A stretch of DNA of 64,000 bases, from positions 31,867,504 to 31,931,503 of the forward strand of contig OZ037765.1 in assembly GCA_964035545.1 (NCBI GenBank), given 5' to 3'. The number at the start of each line of letters is the position of its first letter. Position 1 is the stretch's first letter. The translations under genes were made by a program, and so were the position numbers. The notes under the pieces were generated by a model that had not been told where the DNA came from, searched no databases, and was given only the letters and a program-made list of their open reading frames with translations. This DNA comes from Bugula neritina. Taxonomy: Eukaryota > Animalia > Bryozoa. Positions 46,001-55,548 of this stretch are shown here, one piece after another.

Positions 46001-49000
46001 GCAATATTATTACAAAAGGAAAATTCGTGGTTTATTAATGGAAAGGGTCTTAGTGTAAAGAGTGGAGTGAGAAGGGGGAGGGAAGGATGGTGAGTGGGTA
46101 AGGAGTGGAGTGAGAAGTGAGGAAGGGGAGGAGGGTGAGTGGGTAAGGAGTGGAGTGAGAAGGAGATTTGTTTCAATATACTCACTGTAGTAATGATACG
46201 CATAATGCACTGGAAAAGTACAGCCTTCATGCGTAGCTTTTCTTCACTTTCTAAAACAGTAAATATTGAATAAAACATGGCATAGAAGTTTCCTGTATTC
46301 TTTATATAAGCACAAATACACACTTTTGGAGGAATTCAGCTGATGATAGAATTGCAAAGTTTTAAATTAAAAAATATTCTGAAAAGTACTTCAGGTAAAT
46401 TGATTCACCACAATGTCACAATCAACATACAGCACACTGCGCTACTAACTACACGAAGAAGCAGTTAAAATAAACACTATATTAATATTACATTATATGA
46501 TATTACATTATATGATACTACATTATATAATACTAAATTATATTATACTAAATTATATTATTACATTATATTACTACATTATACTACTACATTATACTAC
46601 TATGTTATATTACTACGTTATATTACTCTATTATATTACTACATTATATTACTACATTATATTATTGAATACATATACCAGTCTCACCTTGTCTGTGGAC
46701 AGAATCTTTAGGCAGGAGACTTTCCAACATAATAATACTTTTAACTATCTGCAAGACAAAATCAAACCATGGTCTAACATTATGTATCTTATGTTACAAG
46801 CCAAGCTACTTTACCATATTCATTTTCATCACAGTCTAAATAACCAAAGGTTCCCCAAAACCAAACGGTGGAGCATGTTAGTGTACTTCAAATTGATCTC
46901 TTGATGTAACAGATGAATTGTTAAACAGCTGTAGATGACACAGGCAAGCCTATCTACTACATTGCATACAAATATACACAGTGCAAAGTTTCTAAAGCTT
47001 CACAATAATCACTGATATTGTAACCGAATAAACCTGGAATATGATTCATAATAGTTTTTTTATATTAACCAAAAAAATATTCCTGTTGTTTTTGTTTACC
47101 ACACTGCGCAGGCTTTGCACTCTGCCTGACATTTAACCAGGGAGTTTCATGCAAAACCAGGCTACATAAAAAATGTACTCCAGAAAAAAATGAAAGAGCC
47201 AAGTTAAGGTGACCTTGAGTCTATTATATAATAGAGGCCAATTCAATAACCACACAATTATGATGGAGACATAAAATCTAATTCTCATAACAGTTGCACA
47301 CACAGAGTTATGCAAGACACAGTGGTGATTCAGTGGTAGCTATGAAATTAATTTGAGAGCAAGGTATGTGACAGACTATAGTGCTGTGTGGTATATTCAG
47401 ATGCCCTTGAAACTGGGCCAGAGAGGTGATCCACCTGAGGGCAACTTACATCTATTCCTCCCAAAGCAGAGAACAGTCTGGCGTTTTCCTCCTCCCTCTC
47501 AAACCGGATCACCTCGTCAGTGGTGCGACGTTCAAAACAGGAAACCAGCTGGAACAGCTCCTGGCACAGCGAGACATGACAGATATAGGCATACAATATG
47601 ACACAATTTATAGTCCTAGAAGATAGGCAGCATGCAGTCTTCCTACATTGTCTAGCATATATGGTAGGTTATAGTCTGTCTGAGAAGGTCAGGTTTATTA
47701 CATACAGGTATATATTGCATCATCGACCTAACTGATTGAATTAAAGCAGGCAAATATATACAGTGCTCCCTGGTATAGCAATTCAATAGGTCCTGTCACA
47801 AATTAAGGTTTCAGGGCCATAGCCTAGTGAGATGGAGAGCTCTATGTTTATTTATTTCTAGAACACAATCCAGTATATTATAGCCCTAGTGAATATATAA
47901 ACAGGTAAATAATATCACATAATACAGTATATAGTCCTAGTAGACATACATAGAGGTAAATAATATTACATAATACAGTATATAGCCCTAGTAGATATAC
48001 ATGCAGGTAAATACTATCACATAATACAGTCTATAGTCCTAGTGAATAAACACATGCAAACTGTATTATTATTGCACTAGCAAAGGTCCGTGTGCTGTAC
48101 AAGCACTGAGCAAGTTTTCTATAATAACAGCTATCAGTCAGGCTGACTGGAAGATATGGGCAAAAAATGACTTCAATTCATACACAGAGAAACTGTAGCT
48201 GGCTTGAGGCAAAAAACTCATTTAAGGATGCAATCAAACAAAAATGAATTGAGCAAAAAACGCAGAATTATAGCAAATGCCTGCAGTTAGGCTGAGTAGC
48301 CCATTGCCTAAACCAGCACACACACAGTTACTGCCTGCGTTGGCTAGCTATTTAGTACAATACTTGTAGCTATATTTACTAGACAGATGAATGCAAGGTG
48401 GGTGTCTTCTATCAATCAAAGCAGTGAAAACCTCCCCACTTACTCTGGAAGTAGAACTCACTTTAGAACCGTAACCATTGTTATACACTTGGCACCAATT
48501 CTGAATATTCAAGCAGCAGTAATAGGGGAGAAATTCAAGAAACTAAACTCCTAATTGAAATCGCTATTTTATGGAATTTCCACAAAAAATATATTTACAC
48601 ACTTGAGCGATACTTGGCAGGCACCAAGTTTAAAATATTATTTTAATTTTGAGTTGAATAAAATTTTGTTCTATTTATAATTCAGTGAAATGCCAGTGAA
48701 ATAATAACCTTGGCTTTCTGGTAGATGGTGTGAGGCGTGGAGTGGGGAGAGTGGAGATACCCTTCAAAGCACACAATGACATCCAGTGTGGTTTGCAAGC
48801 CTTCCTCATCTCCATATTTCTCCAGCAGAGATTCTGTCACCTGCACAACCACAGAATGCACTGGTTAAACGGATTGCCACAGTTCTACCGAGTTACTGGC
48901 CAGCACTAAGAGGGCTGAACTAAACCAGCCTCATACACCTGCAGGCACCTCACGCTAGACCTATGCACCAGTAATAGGATGTAACACTAGCCAAATGTTT

Positions 49001-49260
49001 AGCAACTTGTGTCATCCATTTAAATTTAAGGATATAAGCATGAAAACAAGTGGCATTTTATATCCTTGAATTTTTAGTTTTCAAATGTAAGCATTTTAGT
49101 AAGGTAAAAGCAATAGGCTGACACCTTTATGAGAGCACTGGCGGCAGCAGCTTACCTGGGAGTACCGAGTATAACCAGATCCAGTCAGCTGAGAGCGGAT
49201 GGTATCGACAGCCACATTGTTTACACTGGAAAACCTTCGCTTTTTTCTAGGAGGCTCCAT
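31009..49260 (-). CDS. TRPC4AP: Short transient receptor potential channel 4-associated protein (TRUSS), multi-exon, complete CDS
   Basis: Exons (approximate) 49260-49156 (MEPPRKKRR...SQLTGSG), 48840-48709, 47560-47450 (LFSALGGID), 45766-45607 (KQTFLSACSLLEDIL), 45436-45326 (NFCRILAVTVSD), 42143-42023 (GHNPSCQCSPEVAIKIQ), 39853-39679 (KKEPTDSTFCFW...LRGTTSFCDQVFLL), 37188-37037 (NVSCLNT), 31172-31009 (FWADHYLSRDKDCSALE). All recognisably collinear with vertebrate TRPC4AP as I recall it. Confidence 0.93.
31562..32028. repeat. 22-bp minisatellite (GTATAGTAGGTAGTGTAGCACT)n, continues at 36985-37032
   Basis: About 21 tandem copies, split by LTR element 2; in the last TRPC4AP intron. Confidence 0.95.
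32029..32771 (+). repeat. 5' LTR of element 2
   Basis: 743 bp; matches the 3' LTR except for a G20 run at 32206-32225. Confidence 0.93.
32871..33554 (+). CDS. gag: Gag, C-terminally truncated (no CCHC knuckle)
   Basis: KFDGSGDVELYLQHFQE aligns with element 1 TFGGDGDVEQFIQEFE; ALQSRFGMS vs ALRARFGLT. Confidence 0.88.
   Translation: MPPRRRQRTPSPVREDPLNRLVDLLQVSRDRRDNFRLKKFDGSGDVELYLQHFQEIKEANGWTDTGALLHLKCALEGAATDCGRGSTLELVCQALQSRFGMSTRCAREKLHQLKYEPNSSLLVLGSEVERLVSIGYPDTDSQSRNTIALDAFMRALNHNVLRRHLMFLPIECVSDAAKVAQDYFDIGNSGRSRPSTSAVEIESAPAAQPSINIGREPTMEMLMVSAE
33551..35425 (+). CDS. Pol remnant: RNase H C-terminal linker plus intact integrase
   Basis: HRLTH...CEVC, IDLVG, HSDQG, VERMNR, KFVGPY; closely parallels element 1 integrase; ends RPRRSLKHYLVDYRS*. 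Confidence 0.92.
   Translation: MTCYDCKQCRKIEVRDGGPTRAEISEELVAGSDVSDGSSPPDIAVVRALGSSSNSSGNKQESSADPKHFSDTPLVYHPQIPKEIDLPKNSTTDELSSSVVPVEELSSSASLVKAGSSGTNCDKVATLQQQSGDVATIYEAVKRNVDLSSSTLECGSAELRKLHNLKQAMNIVEGKLMIQLKINSRLRWCAVCPKPIRRTIIWETHRLTHSGVMRTAARIKLQWFWPGMMSEVRKTIKTCEVCQIAKLSQIPKTANKQRLYSGRPWQKVAIDLVGPLPETDRGNQWILVLTDHFTRWQDALPLPNATAPFVAEALDSRVFCYIGLPEQIHSDQGAQFQSDLMLELCKLWKVAKSRTTPYHPQGNSVVERMNRTLGDSLRSLLLGRCQEDWDLLLPQIMRGFRASPHSATGESANFLMFGRELRLPDQILYGVTAQSPTTVQQYALDLLDRMQVAHDMLRERQLQVRSEDAEEPPLYEVGDQVAMVNKRKRKGQNPKLAPKFVGPYTIVEVWPNHTYKITRNGQESLQNESRLKRFLECPEQVGQAPFIPEGKRLPNMKGSRRQMRETLEAQPDLPFDPPPPDHPDPVVQPSIGVGQELLNAEQQDISEPDRPRRSLKHYLVDYRS
35560..36177 (+). CDS. ORF3 of element 2: tandem Cys/His zinc finger plus coiled-coil protein (one in-frame TAA at 35731-35733)
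   Basis: ORFs 35542-35733 and 35743-36177 are in the same frame, separated by a single stop. CGVC-x12-H-x3-H-x5-CDC-x12-H-x3-H, then LVSLKKLQRRLERKIKAKEERL. Confidence 0.7.
36256..36984 (+). repeat. 3' LTR of element 2
   Basis: 729 bp, preceded by the PPT, followed by TSD ATAG. Confidence 0.93.
37281..37430. repeat. TG-rich microsatellite
   Basis: (TG)n/(TGTGG)n degenerate tract in a TRPC4AP intron. Confidence 0.85.
38491..38856. repeat. 40-bp minisatellite with 167-bp higher-order repeat
   Basis: Unit CCAGCAGACATCACCTACCACAGTGTCACCAGCTCTGTGT, about 9 copies, abutting a splice donor. Confidence 0.9.
40358..40542. mobile_element. Small hairpin MITE-like element
   Basis: ACTGGCCAG..TAGGAGCAGTAGTGGAGAAATTGAGATAGCC is inverted against GGCTTTTCTCAATTTCTCCAATACTGCACCTA..CTGGCCAGT. 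Confidence 0.6.
42952..43260 (+). mobile_element. tRNA-derived SINE-like element, apparently dimeric
   Basis: A-box TAGCATAATGG at 42964; B-box-like GATTCGATTTCC at 42996 and GGTTCAATTCCC at 43196; both halves followed by TAGTAC(CA)CTCCTAGGGAGTTG; no complete cloverleaf. Confidence 0.5.
45026..45300. repeat. 20-bp minisatellite (TAGATATAGAGTATACTACA)n
   Basis: About 13-14 copies filling most of a TRPC4AP intron. Confidence 0.92.
47870..48045. repeat. ~52-bp tandem repeat x3
   Basis: CAGTATATAG(T/C)CCTAGT...AGGTAAATAATATCACATAATA repeated three times. Confidence 0.7.
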
Positions 49261-52200
49261 ACATTGGTCGGAGGTTGTTGCTGAGTATATACAGGATGTG
49301 ATGTAAGACTAATGTAGAGCAGACGGCATGCTACGGGAGAATTAATCCGGGTTTTCAGCGGAGGCTACACCAGGGTATCAGTTCCAACTTATTGTCTTAT
49401 AACAAGCAATTCTAAAACAAACAGGACGCAACTATACTAATTCAATATTCTTATGTAACTGAAACAGTATGTAGAAATATCCTTGCTCGCCCACTATCAA
49501 CAGTCACAACGGATACACGGGATAATGCCATTCAGGTTCTGCTTATATTTTAGAGCAATTTTTCTGCATATGAAAAAAGTGGACGCCCAAAATTCTGAAC
49601 AAAAAGGAAAAGCTGCAATATTTCAAAATGGTGGATGGCTAATTACTCCACATAACACCTATGTACTTTTACAATTCAATGACTCAACGTCTCTAGGCAG
49701 TCAGACTTACTGGTGCTAGACACAGCAGATCTAAAGGTTAACCAGTCTTTTGGTGGGAGATCAAAAGCATAACTTAATTTTGACACAAGATGTTAATTTT
49801 CAGCTTCGATAATTACATGCATATCTATTATAACATTTGAAAATATGCATTCTAAAAATAAATCACCCTCTTGCTTTAAAATTGAAATGCTATGAGGGAA
49901 AAGCCTAATTTATTCAGAATTAAATTAATAAAAAAATTCTTCACAAAAGTACTAGAGCTTAGAATTCAAACTTTTTATGCTCATACTTCATTGATTTGAA
50001 TAAAAAAAAACTTTTAATGTTGCATGAAACTTAAGCCGCCAACAACAGGATATTTTAGCAATTGATAATCTAGGGTACCATGAGTTTTACACTTTGTTTT
50101 CAGAAAAAAAAACACACCACAGCTGAAATGCTGGTTCTCACAAACAACCTTAAATGCTATAAGTACTTTCCCAAAACCTCTCAATAGAGTTCCTCTTTAC
50201 CGGTAAGTCTAAACTAGCTAAAAAAATTATATAGCAGAAATTTTAGCAGCAAAGTTGATGTAAAAAAACTACATCACTAGGTTCAAACCAACTTATTTAT
50301 ACTTTATATTAATTATCTTAAAAAATATTAGGACTTGCTAGCACGGCAAATGTATAATTAAAACAGGATCAGATACTAAAATTGATGATTGTAAATGCAT
50401 TATAAAAATACTCCCAAGTATATGTTTAATCACCTTAAGCTATCAAATTTGTTGAATGTGTTAATTAACAATATAGTTAATGCGACAAAAAACTAAAAAC
50501 ATTAATTAAAAAGCATGATATTAATTATCATTTAACTTTACACTGACATTCTAAGTTGTAGAAGTAACTATAACAAAATTCAAAATTTTCAACCCTGGCC
50601 TTTCTATTATGATTAACCCCCCAATCATATCCAATGATGACCCTAATTGAAGTAATTACTATGTAATCATTCAGAAATTGTTTAAAGTCAACCTGCATGT
50701 AGGTGTTAAAAATGCATAAATTATAACAAAATAGAAGTAGTTCTGTTAAAAGGGTGGATTTAAAATAACTAAAAAAGATTAAGATGCGACAAATACTTCA
50801 TCAGTACAACTACCTCAGCTCATGGCTATTCAACGGCATCTTTCAATAGTTAATAACTAACAAGAGTAAAGATACAAACATTAAGTTTATATATCACTAA
50901 ATTACTATAAATCTATTAGGTTGCACTTTACTTTAATCAAATGTAATAAAATTTGATTGAAATTTTAATAAAGCGCTTCACTAAAATTATGTTTATAGTG
51001 AAATTTATCTATTAAGCCATCGTGATGGTCATTATGATTATTAGTAATGGCCTTAATATTGCGGTAAAGACTAAGAGCCATTTCCTGCTAGCTAGTGAGA
51101 ATAAGAATAAATATATCTATTTTAACTTTGGTTCACACAATAGCTGGGATAGCTACAAACATGGTGAATTGAATAGTAGTGGTGGAACAGTGATAAACAC
51201 AATGAAGATGAGGATAAATTCATATTGTCTACACTGATAGTTATAAGCTATAAGTATAACTAGTACTATTACTATTGCCTATTAGTCTATACTAATATGA
51301 ATGTGAATAAGGCAGTAGGCACACAGTCACGGTGTACTTAATTTTACAGTTGATTTCATGCAGGTAATTATAGCTATAGCAATTTAAAATTGTCGGTTTA
51401 GTTGCAACAAAAGTTAAGATTAAAAGTTTTATACTCTTTTATTTGGCTGTATATTAATGTATGTTTCATTATCGCAGGAACTAACTGTTAGACTTAAACT
51501 TGAAGTTACACCAACAGTAAAAAATGAATGTCAATGTGATACTGGTACTCATTACTGTTAGACTTACTCTTAGCCACTTAGAGTTAGTGTTCAACAGTGA
51601 GACTGAGTTACTCATACTCATACTCTTACAGTTACTAGTAGTATTAGTATTACTAATACTATTAGTATTAGTGATAACGTGTATAACAATAATTCATATT
51701 ATTTATATTACAATTTTAAATTTTAATACAGCTATTTATACTTTATATAATTAATATCATCACTACAGTGACTACTAGTACTAGTAGTAGTGCTACTACG
51801 TGTACACCCATACGTTTTAATGATAATCATAATGCCAAATAAATTCAATGACAATAATAAATAAATAATATTAATCATAATGATAATGACAATGTTACAG
51901 TTACACTTGTGACTTACTGTACCTCAGCGACTAACTTAAACTAACACTCAACAGTAACACTAACTCTAACTGTAACTCGAATACAATGAACTTGAACTTT
52001 GAAGTAACAATGTGAATGTCAATCAGTCAATCTCAATCAGTGAAATGAAATGTCCGCGAGTAACGAGCTAACTCAACCAGTGAACCACTGTCAGTGTCAA
52101 GAGAAGTTACTGTTAGACTTAGGTTAGTGTAAGTGTTACACTGACACTCCCATTGACACACATACTCATACTGATACTCACCCTCAGTCCCGCTTTGACT

Positions 52201-52971
52201 TTTCAGTTTAATCACTCCAAGACTGAGAGTGAGACTGGGTGACTCTCCCAGTCACAGTTAAACTGTTCGTATAAAACTAAAAGTAAAAGTTCATGTTATT
52301 GTTAAGCCTTAACGCAGTTAAGTGTTAACAGTTAACTTTTAGTTTTAGCCTAAGAATAACTATAAGATTCAATTTAAATTAAATAATTAAATATATAATT
52401 ACTAGAAAGTCTACTGCCTGGCGAAGAGTGAATTGTTGAAAATAATAGTAATACTTCTATCAATATTATTTGTGTTAGTTAAAGCAGCAAGATAGACGGT
52501 GAAAGTTAATCTGATAATTCAGACCCTGTTGTCTGGCTGATCTAGTATAAATATTATACCAATACAAAACTCATTGTGATTGACTATACCAAAAATGAGA
52601 TTGAAGATCATCAGGGAGTGCATAATTGGTTGGCGTTCGTAACATTGTCCAATAGAAACACTCAAGAATATAGCCGCGAAGCAAATTAATTATTGGTACG
52701 ACATGCTTTCTTTGAGGCGATACCACGTGCTACAGATAGAGACCCAATCATGTTAGCAACATGACGCTAGTTCTCTATCAGACTCAGTATTTATATAATA
52801 GAATATTATTCTTAAGATGCGGTGTCGTTATAATTTGATTTGCTCTGTAAGTATGTTGGTTTTATACTGAAATATTAATTATAATAGAGACTTTGATTAA
52901 ATTTGATAACCATAATAGCTTTACTTATTGTTACTACTTTAACTGTTTAAGTTTATTAGCATGAGAGCAAG

Positions 52972-53135
52972 AGTAAGTAATACTAATACTAATAGTAATA
53001 GTAATACTAATAGTAATAGTAATACTAAGTCTGATAGTAATAGTAAAACTAATAGTAATACTTATACTTATCAAGTTATAATATTAATACAATTGTAATT
53101 TATAGTAATACCAATACTAATAGTAATAGTGATAC
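52972..53135. repeat. Hexamer low-complexity repeat (AGTAAT/ACTAAT)n
   Basis: Directly visible; part of a wider degenerate hexamer-periodic region ~51240-53240. Confidence 0.7.
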
Positions 53136-53836
53136 TTTAGCTAAAGACTAGCAGCAATAGTTTCACTCATAGTCATACTCATAGTCTTGCAGTCAATGTT
53201 AACGCTATTCTTATACTTTTGACTTTATGTTTATGGTTATTGTCATGGTGATTTAAAATTTATCCGTTATTAATAGTAATTTTAATTTATACAAATAGGA
53301 AATACGTTAAAAAGTACAAAAAATGTAGTAATACTAATACGACTTACCTATAATACTGATTTACGTTTAGTAATATCAAAGAATATCTGCTCTGCAGAAA
53401 CTGAAATCTAACTGATACAAAAATCAACATTGTGATAAGACAGTGGAACACGTCGATTATTAAGATGCAAGAGAACAATTGTGCTTATATTCATTTTTGC
53501 TGTGCATTACATGCATTGTTTGTTGTCAAAGACTTCAGGTTGTCTTGGGAATAATAGAGAAGTTATTTGAACATTTGCTAAAGGGAACTCGAGTTAGAAA
53601 TTATACAAAAAACTTTATCTAACATTTTATACAAGAAGGTGTGATAAGGAGTTTTTAAATACTTGAAAATGCTCCAGTCACTTTCACATTTGGCGCCAAA
53701 AATATCATCCATTTTTAAAGTCACAAAATCTAAAATTTATTTAAAAGACATGTTTACGAACACATTATTTTTATCAATGTTATATATATAATTAATAAAA
53801 TGGCATTTTCAATTATATTTACAGAGTTGAGAGTTC

Positions 53837-55297
53837 ATGGAGTATGACATAATTAAGGATTTACAGCAATATGACATTGAACTTTCCGATCAGGAGTTGC
53901 ATGCTCAACGTTTACCTGATGGTGACTCATTGACTAGCTGGCAAACCCCTCTATCAGTTCAGAAACCTACAGTGACTAAGAAAAAGAAGAGTAAACGCAG
54001 TGACTACCAATTATGGAATGATAACCGTCGACACACTTGCACCTACTCAGATGGTGTGTGGGATGACAGCATTGAGAAATACTCGTACAAATACATCCCT
54101 AATAACGGCTGCTACAGGCAACTAAAAGCACAACTATCCATATCTACTAAACAAAACGTATCACAAAAAAGACCAGTTAGTCCTTCTGGTGGAGGCACTA
54201 CTTCTGGAATAGTTTATGGCGCCGAGTATCGACGTCTGCAAAGAGAGATATCTATGGACTTGCAGAAGGAGTTCCGGAGCCTTCTGGAGAGCAACAAGAA
54301 GTACTTCCGGTTATTGAATGAGTCACCCTCAGCAGTAGTTGATTACTTAGAAGATGAGGAAGATTACAAAGACAAGATGGCAGCTTCTATCACTAAACCT
54401 ACCACTGTCGGTACTTTTGGTGGTTCTAGTAATCCGCTACCAACTGTTCAGCCTAGTAACAAGTCTCGCAGTACTCTACCAACCTACCAGGAAACACCCA
54501 GTGTTCTTCCAGTTGTACAGTCCAATGCCCTTTTGCCAAATCCAAACCCAATTCTTCCAAATATACAAACCAGTTCAACACTACCTCCAGTTCAGTCAGT
54601 CTTGACTCTGGCTCAAGCACGTACTCGACCATTAGAAATACAATCGGCTTTGGCAGCTTCAACCAACTTAGAAGATTTAATTATTAAGAAACGATGTAGT
54701 ACTAACTTGGAACAAATAACCTCAGATTTTATTGAAACTCATGGGGGCCATGATCCGCTGCCCATTAGATATGAAAAACTATCCTATAAACACTCTATAC
54801 TTCCGTCAACCAGTAGAATTTATGTGAACACAGATGATGTTGAAGATTTGGCCAATAAAACATTCAGCAATCGAAAAGAAGAAAAAAACATCGAGAAAAA
54901 ATTCAAACAGCTAAAGCCAATTGAAAAAGTAAACCCATCGTTACGCGAAGTCTTTGATAACTCCAAGGCTATGATAGAGATGATGAAATTGAACTCAAGC
55001 TACAATACTGACGTCACTATAGGTTTGTCAAGAGTGGCGAATAGTAAACTAAGTAGTAGTAACTTGGTGGCTACAGATTCCTTGATGGTATCAAAACCTA
55101 AAGTAATGAGTAAAAACCCTTTTGGAACAACTGCCACTACTCAGAACACAGGCTACAAAGTGACAAAGTTAGGGGAGGCGAGACCAAAACTCCCAGTATT
55201 ACAAACTATTGATGAACAGCTGAAGAACACGTATCAGTCGCTACTTCCTTCTGTATCAGGAAAGAGAATCACAAGTAAACTCGGCTCTTTACGATAG
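53837..55297 (+). CDS. Uncharacterised 486-aa protein, single coding exon, largely low-complexity/disordered
   Basis: Long open frame in AT-rich DNA; acceptor TTTACAG 12 nt before the ATG; AATAAA x2 at 55399-55410; basic KKKKSKR stretch; no domain recognised. Confidence 0.8.
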   Translation: MEYDIIKDLQQYDIELSDQELHAQRLPDGDSLTSWQTPLSVQKPTVTKKKKSKRSDYQLWNDNRRHTCTYSDGVWDDSIEKYSYKYIPNNGCYRQLKAQLSISTKQNVSQKRPVSPSGGGTTSGIVYGAEYRRLQREISMDLQKEFRSLLESNKKYFRLLNESPSAVVDYLEDEEDYKDKMAASITKPTTVGTFGGSSNPLPTVQPSNKSRSTLPTYQETPSVLPVVQSNALLPNPNPILPNIQTSSTLPPVQSVLTLAQARTRPLEIQSALAASTNLEDLIIKKRCSTNLEQITSDFIETHGGHDPLPIRYEKLSYKHSILPSTSRIYVNTDDVEDLANKTFSNRKEEKNIEKKFKQLKPIEKVNPSLREVFDNSKAMIEMMKLNSSYNTDVTIGLSRVANSKLSSSNLVATDSLMVSKPKVMSKNPFGTTATTQNTGYKVTKLGEARPKLPVLQTIDEQLKNTYQSLLPSVSGKRITSKLGSLR

Positions 55298-55548
55298 TAA
55301 CTGTCTGCCATTACGAACATCATTACCTCTCTAGTCACCATACCACATTCACTAACTTCTACTTTCATGTACAATTGACATATGAATTCATTGTCATAAA
55401 TAAAAATAAATACGTTTATTTTGCAAAAATCAATAATATTGAATACTACCTGTAGCAGCCATCAAAATAATTATAACATAGAAATTGAGTATAACTTAGA
55501 AAAAGAGCATGGATATGATCCCATACAATGCAGTTCATCTTTACTAAG

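Noticed and set aside
46497-46904. 135-aa Tyr/Ile-rich ORF
   Set aside because: TATTA-type low-complexity intron sequence antisense to TRPC4AP.
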